A stretch of DNA of 64,000 nt from an uncultured Gemmatimonadales bacterium. Lineage in GTDB: Bacteria > Gemmatimonadota > Gemmatimonadetes > Gemmatimonadales > Gemmatimonadaceae. Under the pieces are notes generated by a model. It saw nothing but the letters and a program-made list of their open reading frames with translations. It made no database searches and was not told the DNA's origin. Each line of letters begins with the position of its first letter. Positions within the stretch are counted from its first letter, which is position 1. The stretch lies in contig CAWKMU010000003.1 of the NCBI GenBank assembly GCA_963850905.1, forward strand, positions 3,264,001 to 3,328,000, in the 5' to 3' direction. Shown piece by piece: positions 9,620 to 19,536 of this stretch. The position numbers were made by a program, and so were the translations under genes.

Positions 9620-10426
9620 ATGCGGGCGTGGCGGTCTTCGATTCGACGGCGCGCATCGATCGCGAGCGTCGCGCTTGCGACGGCCGCAGGCCTGTCTGCA
9701 CCCTGCGTAAGCCAGCCGCCCACACGGGCCGCCGCGCGGGTCACCTACGCCGCGACCCGAGACACCGTTCCACGAGCGTCGCCGTATCGCTACCCACCGC
9801 ACCTCCTGCTGAGTGACCGCACCTATTGGATCGTGTCGGGCAGCGCCTTGGCCGGGAGCGTATTCCTGGATCGCACCGCCGGCCCAGTCATCCGCAGCTA
9901 CCGCACGCCCTTTCTCACGCAGATTGCTCCGCTCGGCGATGTCTTCGGCACGGCGAACTACACGGTGCCGACCATCACCGGGGCGCTCGTCGTCGCACAC
10001 CTTGCGCATAACGCGAACTGGGAAGACGCAACACGCCATATCACAATGAGTTACATCGTAGCCGACGTAAGTGAAGCCCTCCTCAAGGGTGCCGTCGGAC
10101 GGCAGCGGCCGGACTATTCCGGGAATCCGTGGCTCTTTCGGCCCCTCTCATTTTCGGATGAGTGGCATTCGTTCCCATCCGGACACCTCACCCACATCAC
10201 GGCGATTGCTGCGGCGTTGGCGCAGGAGGCCCACCGGCCATGGGTCACCGCGCTCAGCATGAGCGCTGTCGCGTTCACCGGATGGCAACGCCTGTACCGC
10301 GATCAGCACTGGGCGAGCGATGTCGTCGGCGGCGTGATTGTCGGCACCGCAGCGAGCCGCGTGACCGCACATTGGCTCCGGCACAAGCGAAAGCCGCCCC
10401 CGCCCAACGTGGCGGGGCCTAGGTGA
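9620..10426 (+). CDS. PAP2-family phosphatase
   Basis: KxxxGRxRP, SFPSGH and RxxxxxHWxSD motifs; N-terminal signal-like segment. Confidence 0.88.
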   Translation: MRAWRSSIRRRASIASVALATAAGLSAPCVSQPPTRAAARVTYAATRDTVPRASPYRYPPHLLLSDRTYWIVSGSALAGSVFLDRTAGPVIRSYRTPFLTQIAPLGDVFGTANYTVPTITGALVVAHLAHNANWEDATRHITMSYIVADVSEALLKGAVGRQRPDYSGNPWLFRPLSFSDEWHSFPSGHLTHITAIAAALAQEAHRPWVTALSMSAVAFTGWQRLYRDQHWASDVVGGVIVGTAASRVTAHWLRHKRKPPPPNVAGPR

Positions 10427-10539
10427 GCGCGCGATAGAACGACGCCAGGGCCATTCCGAGCAAAACCGAAACGCCGAGCCAGCGGAGGATTTGCGCCCCC
10501 GCAACGGCGGCGCGCTGAGCAGCAGTAAACCGCTCGCGG

Positions 10540-12795
10540 TCAGGGTTGCGCGGGGCCGGTCAGCTTCATCCGCTGCACCAACGTGTGGAAGCGCGCGTCG
10601 TTACGTACCGGATCCAGAATCGGATTGACGTTCAGGTACGCCATCCAACCTCGCCGCTCCGTATAGGCGCGCTCCATGGACTCGAGCGCCCGATCGAATT
10701 CACCGAGGCCCAGGTTGATGGTGACGAACACAACCGGGGAGACGTACACTCGGCGGGCGCGATCCTCGAACTGCCGTAAGATCACGCGAGCCTCCTCGGC
10801 GGCCCCGGAGCGCGCCAGCGCGTACGCCAGCGTCGCGAGCGGCCCGGTGCCCGCATCGGGCAGTTGCAGCGCGTCGCGAAGCACCCGGATCGCCTCCTCG
10901 TAGTGTTCCTGCTGTACCAGGAAGGACCCGAGCAACCGATAGTTCTCGACCGCTACCGGATCGAGGGCGATCGCACGCTCAATGTGGTGTATCGCCTGAT
11001 CGTATCGGCGGGCGTACAGATACGAGTGCGCCACGCTGCGCCGCACCGACACCGACGCCGGGTCGAGCTCCAGGGCCGTATGCGCCTCGAGCAGGCCCTC
11101 CTCGATCCTGCCTTGCGACAGCAGCAGAAATGCGTACCACTGATGGCTCGTCGCATAAAGTGGATCGAGTTCGATGGCGCGCCGGAACTCGCGGATCGCA
11201 CCGGGCCAATCCCAGTCATAGATGAACATCGTCCAGGCGAGCGACGCATGCGCCTCGGCCACCCGATCGTCGAGCGCGATCGCTTGGCGCGCGTACGACC
11301 TCGCGCGCTCGAACCCTTCGGCAACCGGCATGTCGCGGTAATCGACCTGCAACGCGTACGAGTCGGCGAGGCCGGTGTAGGCGAGCGCGTATTTCGGATC
11401 TTCGGCGATCGCCCGCTCGAAGTACCCGGCCCCCTCGAGCACGCTGTGCTGCGTGCGCTTGTTCCACTCGTGTCGACCCCGCAGGTACAGGGCGTACGCT
11501 TTGAGGTTGTCGGTGTAGCGGCGCGCCACCGGCTCCGACAAGTCGGCGAACGAAGTCGCACGTAGCGTGTTCACGATCGTACTGGCAATCTCGTCCTGCG
11601 TCGCGAAGAGATCGAGGAGCGTGCGGTCATACCGCTGCGACCAAAGCACCTGTCCATCATCCGTCGACGTCAGCTGGGCCGTGATGCGCAGCCGGTCGCC
11701 GAGGCGTCGCACAGTACCCTCGAGCACGACCGACGCACTCAGCAGGACGCCGATCGCACGTACGTCTTGCGGTCGGCCCTTGAGCGCGAACACCGAGGTT
11801 CGCGACGCCACTCGCAGCCCCTTCACCTTGGCGAGCGCATCGATCAGTTCATCAGTGATACCGTCACTGAGGTATTCGCTCTCCGGGTCGGGGCTCGCAT
11901 TGACAAAGGGCAGCACGGCGATCGACCTGGTCTTGCCGGTAGCGAGGTGCGGTGCCGGGCTCGTGGCGTGGAGCGCTGCCAGAAACTCCGCGACTGTCGC
12001 AAAGCGCTGTGCGGGGTCCTTCGCAAGCGCTTTCGCGATTGCCCGGTCGACACTCGACGAGACGTCCGGCCGCCGAGCCCGGACGGATGGCGCTTGCTGG
12101 GTGACCTGTTTCGCGAGCAACGCCCGGACGGTGTCGGCCTGGAACGGCGGCTCGCCCGCCAGCATCTCGAACAGCACGCAGGCGAGGCTGTAGATGTCGG
12201 TGCGGCTCTCGAGTCCCCGCTCGCCGCTCGCCTGCTCGGGACTCATGTACGCCGGTGTCCCAATGGCGAGGCCGCTGTCGGTCAGGACGTCGACCCCCTG
12301 GGCATAAACGACCTGTGCAATCCCGAAATCCGCCAGGACCGCATGCTGGTCCGCAAAGAGGATGTTCGCCGGCTTCACGTCGCGATGCACAAAACCACTG
12401 CGGTGCATGTAGTCGAGAGCCGACCCGATCTCTTCTGCGATGCCCAGTGCCTCGCCCAGCGGGAGCGGTCCGTCGGCCGCCAGACGCTCGCGAAGCGACC
12501 CTCCCGCGATGTACGGAGTGACGAGGAAGAGCTGACCCTCGCTCTCACCTGAATCGATCAACGGAAGGATATGAGGGTGCGACAGCTCCGCTGCGATCCC
12601 GATCTCGCGCAGGAAGCGCTCGGCCGTGACGGACACAGCGAACTCTGGTCGCAGTACCTTGACCGCGACCCGCCGCCCGTGCTTGGCATCCAGCGCCAGA
12701 TAGACGACCGCCATGGCGCCCCGACCCAGTTCCCGCTCCACCTGATATCGCGACGGAAGGGACGGGGCTGCCGGCAAGACCGTCGGGTTCGACAT
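10540..12795 (-). CDS. Hanks-type Ser/Thr kinase with TolB-N-like domain and TPR repeats
   Basis: LGRGAMA, VAVK, HRDVKPAN, DFG, GTPAYMSPEQ; SIAVLPF...DGITDELI; AIxLDP TPR repeats. Confidence 0.95.
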   Translation of the reverse strand: MSNPTVLPAAPSLPSRYQVERELGRGAMAVVYLALDAKHGRRVAVKVLRPEFAVSVTAERFLREIGIAAELSHPHILPLIDSGESEGQLFLVTPYIAGGSLRERLAADGPLPLGEALGIAEEIGSALDYMHRSGFVHRDVKPANILFADQHAVLADFGIAQVVYAQGVDVLTDSGLAIGTPAYMSPEQASGERGLESRTDIYSLACVLFEMLAGEPPFQADTVRALLAKQVTQQAPSVRARRPDVSSSVDRAIAKALAKDPAQRFATVAEFLAALHATSPAPHLATGKTRSIAVLPFVNASPDPESEYLSDGITDELIDALAKVKGLRVASRTSVFALKGRPQDVRAIGVLLSASVVLEGTVRRLGDRLRITAQLTSTDDGQVLWSQRYDRTLLDLFATQDEIASTIVNTLRATSFADLSEPVARRYTDNLKAYALYLRGRHEWNKRTQHSVLEGAGYFERAIAEDPKYALAYTGLADSYALQVDYRDMPVAEGFERARSYARQAIALDDRVAEAHASLAWTMFIYDWDWPGAIREFRRAIELDPLYATSHQWYAFLLLSQGRIEEGLLEAHTALELDPASVSVRRSVAHSYLYARRYDQAIHHIERAIALDPVAVENYRLLGSFLVQQEHYEEAIRVLRDALQLPDAGTGPLATLAYALARSGAAEEARVILRQFEDRARRVYVSPVVFVTINLGLGEFDRALESMERAYTERRGWMAYLNVNPILDPVRNDARFHTLVQRMKLTGPAQP

Positions 12796-12941
12796 AACGG
12801 AAAGCTAGCGCGCTGAGCGCTGCCGGCGACTCGCCAGGGGCTCGCCAGTGAATCGTTTCCGGCTTGCGTTCGTCAGGTAGGAGGCCTCAATCCCCAGACT
12901 CCTTTGCCCGCGCCACGACCACCGCACGCGTCTGCGATCCG

Positions 12942-14372
12942 ATGTTGAGTGTCTGGAGTGGAGTCCCGTATCCGCCGGCACGCCTGTACGTAACGCTGCT
13001 CGTCATGCTCGTTTTCGTGACCGCGACGGTCGCGGCCGTGAGACGACGGTACGGCGATCGGCTGCTCGCCGACATCGCTGCGACGTTGGGTGTGTTTCTG
13101 CTGATCATTGGCAGCATCGTCTACACCGTCGCCTTCCGGGGGCTGCGACCGTTAGAGGTCGTCGTCGCCTGGGCCCTCTCGGGGCCCGCGATCGCGTGGT
13201 TCGTGTGGCGTCTCAATGCGATCATGACACGACCCCTGATCGTGCTCGAGGACCTCGGCGAGTCGATCAAACGTGGGCAATGGGCGGCGGTGCTCGCAAC
13301 CAACGTCGGGCAAGCCGGTGCCGCCGTCGGTCATTCGAGCCAGACCGGTAACGTCCAATCCGCGCTCCAGGACGTCGCCGTACTGGTCGTCGAGACCCAG
13401 CGCACCTCGCACGCGCTTCTCGACGCGGCGACCGGCGTGGCGCACATAGCGACCAACGTCGCCGATGGCGCGGATCAGGTGACGGCGGCGTTGGGCAGGC
13501 TCACACGGGCCTCGGGTGGCAATACAGTGGCCGCCCGCCGTATCCGCGATGCCGCGTCGCAGCTTGCCAGCGCCGCCGCGCAAGTCGCTGGCGCTGCGCG
13601 CGAGACGCTGGGCATCTCGGGAGATGTCGATGGGCGAGCACAAGCCGGTGTGGCCGGAGCCGTAACGGCAACCGGACGTGTCGTCGAGATCGCCGGCGCC
13701 TCCCGCGACGCCGTCGCCGCGCTGGCCGCACTCCGCTCGGCCGCCGGCAGCGCAGCGGATGTCACCGCCGAGATCGCGGAGATTGCGCAGCAGACGAACC
13801 TCCTCGCCCTCAATGCTGCGATCGAGGCCGCGCGCGCCGGTGTGGAAGGGCGCGGGTTCGGCGTCGTAGCAGCCGAGGTCCGACAGCTCTCCCGCCGCGC
13901 CAGTGAGGCGTTGAAACGCGTGAAGGCGCTGCTGGATGAGATCACGGCCAAGACCGATGGCGTCGAGCAGCAGATGACGTCCGCGCGCCGCAGCGCCGAG
14001 GCCGGGGAAGAGACGATGAAAGAGGCGCTGGGAGTCTTTCAGGAGATCGCGCAACGCGTGCAACGCACGGTTGCGTTGGCCCAGACCGCCGTGGAGGCCG
14101 CGGCGATGACCGAATCACTCGTCGTCGAGCTGGGAGCGACTGCCGAACTGGTTGTGCAAGTCGCGGAGAGCACGGCGTCCGAGACCGCGCAGGTCGAGAC
14201 TGCGACGGTAGGCCAGCGGGCGCTCACGGAGCACCTGCGCACAACCGGATCGGCACTCGAGCACTCGGCGCAGTCGCTCCGCAATGTCGTCGCGCGGTTC
14301 GGCGACCGATCGCGCGACGGGGTCGTGGCCGCCCGGCCAACGTCGACCACGATCGAGGCCAACGCCGCATAG
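12942..14372 (+). CDS. Methyl-accepting chemotaxis protein
   Basis: [37 protein letters not shown] hairpin; about 3 N-terminal TMs; start uncertain (ORF open from 12864). Confidence 0.92.
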   Translation: MLSVWSGVPYPPARLYVTLLVMLVFVTATVAAVRRRYGDRLLADIAATLGVFLLIIGSIVYTVAFRGLRPLEVVVAWALSGPAIAWFVWRLNAIMTRPLIVLEDLGESIKRGQWAAVLATNVGQAGAAVGHSSQTGNVQSALQDVAVLVVETQRTSHALLDAATGVAHIATNVADGADQVTAALGRLTRASGGNTVAARRIRDAASQLASAAAQVAGAARETLGISGDVDGRAQAGVAGAVTATGRVVEIAGASRDAVAALAALRSAAGSAADVTAEIAEIAQQTNLLALNAAIEAARAGVEGRGFGVVAAEVRQLSRRASEALKRVKALLDEITAKTDGVEQQMTSARRSAEAGEETMKEALGVFQEIAQRVQRTVALAQTAVEAAAMTESLVVELGATAELVVQVAESTASETAQVETATVGQRALTEHLRTTGSALEHSAQSLRNVVARFGDRSRDGVVAARPTSTTIEANAA

Positions 14373-14425
14373 TTGGGCTGACGGGACGGCGACGGACGCG
14401 CAACCGAGCAGTCGGCGATCCGCGC

Positions 14426-15275
14426 TCAGGGCAGGCCAGCGCCCGGCACGGCGACGCGAGTCACCTCGATGCGGCCGGCCCGCTGAGCGCGAGTGCGCTC
14501 GGGGATATATTCGCGCGCGGTTCCGATGTAGAGATCGCGGCGGTCCGCTCCACCCAAGAATGCACGAGAAGGCGTCGCGGCCCGGCAACGGAATGCGGTC
14601 GGTGACACGGCCACCGTCGACCACACGGATCAGTTCCTGGACACCGGGCGAGGCGACCCAGACACCCCCGTCTTCATCCAAGCACAAGCCATCGGGCGCA
14701 GTGGTCTCGAACCGCGCGAACTCCCGACGACCAGTCAAAGAGCCGTCTTCATCAATGTCGAAGGCCGTGAGCGCGTGACCGAACGTCTCGCTGATGATGA
14801 GCGTCTTGCCATCAGGCGTGATGACCGCGCCGTTGGGGAAGAACAGATCTGTTGCGGCGACCACGACCTCGCCCCCGGGTTGGACGCAGTAGAGGAGTGT
14901 AGGGCAGGGCGCCTCGCCCGCGTTGAGGTCGCACCCGAACGTGCCAATGTAGGCGCGTCCTGCCGTGTCGACCACCATGTCGTTGATCACGTGGCGGCAC
15001 ACGCGACTGAGGTCCGCGACCGTGCGAGTTCCGTCGCGTGTGAGTGCGAGCAGGCGGCGATCGAACATCGAGACGACGTACATCGTCCCGTCCGGACTCC
15101 ATCCGAGGCCTGAAGGCTGCGTCGCCAGATCCAGGACGCGCGTCCCCGTGTGGCCAGCGTCGAGCCGCCAAACGACGCAGTCGTGCATGTCGGAGAAGAA
15201 GAGGGCGCCGTCATGCCACCGGAGTCCCTCGGGAAACACGAGTCCATCGAGCACCGTATCGGGCGCAGGGATCAT
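14426..15275 (-). CDS. SMP-30/gluconolactonase/LRE family protein (+1 frameshift near 14554)
   Basis: FPEGLRW, NDMVVD, FPNG, PDGLCLD. The C-terminus GADRRDLYIG...VPGAGLP lies in another frame after an extra G in a GGG run. Confidence 0.85.
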
Positions 15276-15571
15276 GAAGGTCCTCTCCGCATCACTCGGG
15301 CGATTGTTCCTGGGAACCGATAGCGCCATCGCCTGCTCTGGCGGTGTGGTCGCGTCTCGCGATGAATCTGGGCCACGAGGCGAGCGCGGTCCACCTCTCC
15401 AGTCAGGATTAGACACGTCCGACTGTCGGGAACCCAGCTCCCGGAAACGGTGGCGAGCTCACCGAGACCGAATGCGCGGACCCCCGAGACCTCCGTCCCG
15501 TTGAGGCGATCCAGCCGCGTAGCCCCTAAGTCGACTACAGTCAGTCACCGCTGTTCATAACCTTTGGCAAT

Positions 15572-15910
15572 GTGCGGCCTGCCTTCGACCAAATCGCTGG
15601 AACCATCGCGCTCTGTCTCGATGCCGCTGGCGTGCTACTCATTGCCATCGGCGGCGTCAAAGCGCTGATCCTCTCGCTTGGAGCAGTCGTAGGACGACGC
15701 GAGCTGGTTGGCGCTCGCAGAGCGGCCCGGATCGAATTTGGCATGTGGCTCCTGCTCGGTCTCGAGCTGCAGCTCGGGGCGGACATTGTCAGCACGGCAA
15801 TCAGCCCGACGTGGCCGGCGATCGGCCAGCTCGGCGCCATCGCCGTCATTCGGACATTCCTGAATTACTTCCTCGAGCGGGACATTGCGCTGGCAGGACA
15901 AGCGGCGTAG
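15572..15910 (+). CDS. DUF1622 domain membrane protein
   Basis: LGLELQLGADIVST...LGAIAVIRTFLNYFLERDI. Confidence 0.9.
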   Translation: MRPAFDQIAGTIALCLDAAGVLLIAIGGVKALILSLGAVVGRRELVGARRAARIEFGMWLLLGLELQLGADIVSTAISPTWPAIGQLGAIAVIRTFLNYFLERDIALAGQAA

Positions 15911-16100
15911 GCCAGTCCGGTCATCACTCCCGGGCCGTGCTATGGGACGGCCCGGGATCCAGGAGGCCGGAGCGGCCCCCGCGCACCGGCGGAGCCCGGC
16001 GCTCCAGACCTAGGTCTACTGATTCGCGGTCGGGCCTGATCGTACCATTGCGATACGCCGTCGGTCTTGCATTGGTCGTCCTCGACGTCGCGGAGGCGCG

Positions 16101-17000
16101 ATGACCGCTCAAGCTATCGTTCTGCTCGTTTTGAAGTTCAGCATCGCGCTCAACGTGTTTGCGCTCGGACTGGCGGCCACGCCGCACGATGCCTTCTATC
16201 TGTTCCGTCGACCTCGGGAGCTCGGCCGCGCCCTGTTGTCGATGAGCGTGATCATGCCAGTCACAGCGTACGTACTCGCCAGAGGGTTTGATCTCGACCC
16301 GGCGGTGAAAATCTCTCTCATCGCGTTGGCGATTTCGCCGGTTCCTCCCTTCTTCCCGAAGAAAGCCATGAAGGCACACGGCCACGAGAACTACGCCGTT
16401 GGCATACTCGTGGCCAGTGCGTCGTTGGCGATTGTCGTCGTGCCGCTTGCCCTCGCCATCTTCGAGCGCGTACGTGATGTGTCTCTCCATGTACCCGTCA
16501 CGTCGATCGTCGGGTTGATGTCACTGACTGTGCTGCTGCCTCTATTTGCCGGCATTGGCCTGCGCGCCCTGTCACCGTCTCTGGCCGAGCGGGCGGCGAA
16601 ACCGGTTGGCACGTTCGCCCTGGTGCTCCTGATCCTGAGCGCCCTACCAGTAATCGTCAAAGTGGCGCGCGACATCCCCCCGTTGATTGGCAACGGCACC
16701 CTGCTCGCCATGGCCATTTTCGCGCTGGTTGGCTTTGTCGCCGGCCACGCACTCGGCGGCCCCGACCCCGACAACCGCCATACTCTCGCCCTCGCGACGG
16801 CAAGCCGTCATCCGGCCATTGCCCTCGCCCTCGCCCACGCGAACTTTCCGGGCCAGCCATTGACCGCGCCCGCGATTGTGCTGTACCTCCTGGCCAGTGG
16901 GGTCTTTGCGCTCATCTACGATCGTCTGGAGAGCTCGCCTCGGCACACCGCCGCAAAACCGCCAATGTCCGGCGGTGCGGCGAAACCCATACGGCATTAG
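16101..17000 (+). CDS. Bile acid:sodium symporter (BASS)-like transporter
   Basis: GGAGG RBS; about 9 TMs; ISPVPP, GHALGGP and ASRHPAIAL motifs. Confidence 0.85.
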   Translation: MTAQAIVLLVLKFSIALNVFALGLAATPHDAFYLFRRPRELGRALLSMSVIMPVTAYVLARGFDLDPAVKISLIALAISPVPPFFPKKAMKAHGHENYAVGILVASASLAIVVVPLALAIFERVRDVSLHVPVTSIVGLMSLTVLLPLFAGIGLRALSPSLAERAAKPVGTFALVLLILSALPVIVKVARDIPPLIGNGTLLAMAIFALVGFVAGHALGGPDPDNRHTLALATASRHPAIALALAHANFPGQPLTAPAIVLYLLASGVFALIYDRLESSPRHTAAKPPMSGGAAKPIRH

Positions 17001-17038
17001 GTCATCTTACTCCGTATCGCGACTCGACTCCTCTGCGC

Positions 17039-17425
17039 GTGAGTACGCCACGGTTGTCAGAGCACCTGGCCAATGAGCGCACGTATCTGGCTTATGTGCG
17101 CACCAGCATCGCGTTGATCACATTCGGCATCACGATCAATCGGTTCAGTCTGTTCCTGATCGAGACTCGACCAGGCGTGATGGAGGAGAAGCCAGCGCCA
17201 GCAGTCCCCGCGCCGCGCCTGCTCCTGGGCGACACCGAGCATCTCGGGATGGGCATGGTCATCGGTGGTCTCGTGCTGTTGGTCTGGTCGGCCATCCGGT
17301 ACTCGAGGATCAGGGTGCAGATCCAGCGCGACACTTTTAAGTCTGATGCGCTGACGATTTGGTTCGTGACGTTTGGCGTCCTGTTGCTCGGCGCATGGGC
17401 GGTACTATGGCTGTTTCAGCGATAG
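17039..17425 (+). CDS. DUF202 / YidH family membrane protein
   Basis: HLANERTYLAYVRT; three TMs. Confidence 0.9.
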   Translation: MSTPRLSEHLANERTYLAYVRTSIALITFGITINRFSLFLIETRPGVMEEKPAPAVPAPRLLLGDTEHLGMGMVIGGLVLLVWSAIRYSRIRVQIQRDTFKSDALTIWFVTFGVLLLGAWAVLWLFQR

Positions 17426-17435
17426 GACCAAGGAC

Positions 17436-17553
17436 GTTCTAGACGTTAGACGCGGGACGGAAACCTCGGGGCCAGCAGCGGTGAGCTTCGCTGGCCCCGA
17501 GGTTTGTGGTCTAGCGTCAGCGTCTAGCTCCAGCGTCTAGCGTCCAGCGTCTA
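17436..17553. repeat. Heptamer-armed palindromic element, copy A; possible bidirectional terminator
   Basis: Perfect 16-bp stem 17461-17476/17490-17505, flanked by (T/C)AGACG and inverted GCGTCT/CA heptamers, between convergent genes. Confidence 0.75.
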
Positions 17554-18228
17554 AACTTCTCCCTTTCTCAGGCTTTCGCCGGGCGGGTTGCGCGGCACGA
17601 CCGACGGCCAGTGCTCTCGGACGGCGACCACCCGGAATACGAAGGCCGAAAGCGCTGCGATCAGTGTGATGGGAAAGAACCCAAGGCTCGCCGTCAGCAT
17701 CGCGAGCGCCGAGTAGATCCCGCTCGCCAGTACTGCCGTCGTCACCAGTTGCTCCGAGGGGATGACGATCTCGGGCGTGACTCCCGAGAAGAGGTCGATG
17801 ACCACTCCACCCGCCGTGGTGGCGGCCACCCCAATGACGATTGCGGCGAAGACCCCAAGGTGGTGATCGAGTGCCCTGTGGGCGCCCAGGATCGCAAACC
17901 AGGGAAGCGTGAAGGACTTGAAGAACGCCAGCGTTCTTCTGCGGAACTGCGTCTCTTTCGAAGCGGCGTAGCGATAAATCGCCAGGCCAAGCAAGCCCAT
18001 TAAGAGGCACACGACCAGATACATCGGGTCCTTGAGCGGCCCAGGGACCTCACCGAGCAGGATGTCGCGCGTCACGCCGCCGCCGATACCCGCCATGAAG
18101 GCCATGATCAGCAGCCCCGAGAACGTGTAGCCGCGATTGTGTCCCGGCTCGCGCGCGACGAGCACGCCGTTCAAGGCGTTGATGCCGGCGGCGAACAAGT
18201 CGACGTTGGGAAAGCTCGGCAGGTTCAT
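17551..18228 (-). CDS. TRIC cation channel / UPF0126 (glycine transporter domain) family protein
   Basis: Duplicated GGGxxRD motif (GIGGGVTRDILLG; TAGGVVIDLF). Confidence 0.9.
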   Translation of the reverse strand: MNLPSFPNVDLFAAGINALNGVLVAREPGHNRGYTFSGLLIMAFMAGIGGGVTRDILLGEVPGPLKDPMYLVVCLLMGLLGLAIYRYAASKETQFRRRTLAFFKSFTLPWFAILGAHRALDHHLGVFAAIVIGVAATTAGGVVIDLFSGVTPEIVIPSEQLVTTAVLASGIYSALAMLTASLGFFPITLIAALSAFVFRVVAVREHWPSVVPRNPPGESLRKGEV

Positions 18229-18884
18229 TTCGCGTTTCCCGCAGTGTACAGCCTGAGCGTCAGCACAATCGCGTTGACGTCGTTGAGGCTTCCGCTTTCG
18301 CTATTCTGGTGCAGATACGCACCGTCGAGCGTGAGAGTGTGCGAGAGCTGCCATACGGCACCGATCTGAGTCTGGACCTTGGTGATCGCCTCCTTGTTGA
18401 ACTGGTAGTACACCTCCACCTCGATATACGGCGTCACCGTGCGATCGTGGTCGAAGCCGACGGGCCGTGCGAGACGCAAGCGGTTGCGGTACCGAGTCGA
18501 GTAGACCCCACCGACCCATCTGAACTCGAAGCGGTTGCGGTCCTCGAGGTGCAGCTCCGCGGGGAGATGGAAACCCACCGTTCCCTCCACCATGGCCCGG
18601 TCTTCGTTCGCTGAGTGTGCGTCCGGAGAGTAGAGGTAGCTGTACCCGCCGCCGAGGGCGAGGAACGAGGCGACACGCCAGTCGACATACATCCCGAGCT
18701 CGATCTGTTTGTACGATGTGTCCCGGGACTCGGTGAGATTGGTAAACGGATTGAGCTGCGTCGCCGGCGCGATGGGGATATAGGCGTCGAACTCGGGCCA
18801 GAACTGCCAATTCTGCGCGCGCGCTACGCCGGCGGTGCACATGATGAGACACACGATGGTTGCAGGGCCGAGCGACCGCCGCAT
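18225..18884 (-). CDS. DUF2490-family outer-membrane beta-barrel protein
   Basis: Signal peptide (ARA-Q); DRNRFEFRW...RYRNRLRL; alternating beta-strands; 4-bp overlap with the TRIC gene. Confidence 0.82.
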   Translation of the reverse strand: MRRSLGPATIVCLIMCTAGVARAQNWQFWPEFDAYIPIAPATQLNPFTNLTESRDTSYKQIELGMYVDWRVASFLALGGGYSYLYSPDAHSANEDRAMVEGTVGFHLPAELHLEDRNRFEFRWVGGVYSTRYRNRLRLARPVGFDHDRTVTPYIEVEVYYQFNKEAITKVQTQIGAVWQLSHTLTLDGAYLHQNSESGSLNDVNAIVLTLRLYTAGNAK

Positions 18885-19044
18885 TTGATCAAGATCGTCG
18901 GCGGGCCAGACCCGGCACACGTCCACCTAGGTCGAATGGTCGCCAAACTCACGCGACGATGCGGCGTTGCTCGCGAAGAGCGCCGCCCGTAAGTTGCCGC
19001 GAACGTAATGGATGGACTCGCTTGGTCTCGCGTGGGAGAGAGCT

Positions 19045-19497
19045 GTGTTTGCGATACGGGTAGTGACCCCGGCAGTCACGAGCGCTGAGGGATGGCCGCA
19101 TGCCGGCGGCGTGTTGCGGGTGGGCCCCACATCGCTCCCGTTTATCGTCGACCTTGCGGCCTGGCGCGTTGTGGACTACGAGCGGCAGTGGCGACAGGCA
19201 ATTGATCGGGTGGCGCGCGGCGCGCCCGCGACAGCCCTCGTCACCGGATACGCCGGGCGCGGCAATCGGCCCCACTCGATGTGGGCCCTATGGCGCAATC
19301 GCGATTTCGTGTACGTGCAGCCGCACATCGTCGTGCCGGATGAACGAGAGGCCCCATTTGATCCCGCCGCGCCAGAGGCGCACGTCGGTGCGAGACTCGG
19401 CCCCGAGCACGGGCTGCCGATCGCCGAATGGCGGGTCGAGCTCGTGCATCTCATCGCGGCAGCATTCTGCCCCGGGTGGCCTCAGCTCCCGCATTGA
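19045..19497 (+). CDS. Putative CdiI-like (CdiI_N) immunity protein, orphan
   Basis: GTG after GGGAGAG. Pattern WxxxDYxxQW...ALVT...WALW...VYVQ...FDP...P...R...IAEW resembles the CdiI_N family as recalled. Confidence 0.55.
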   Translation: MFAIRVVTPAVTSAEGWPHAGGVLRVGPTSLPFIVDLAAWRVVDYERQWRQAIDRVARGAPATALVTGYAGRGNRPHSMWALWRNRDFVYVQPHIVVPDEREAPFDPAAPEAHVGARLGPEHGLPIAEWRVELVHLIAAAFCPGWPQLPH

Positions 19498-19536
19498 CCT
19501 TGGTGCACTAGCCCAGAACGCCACGCATTCTCAACC

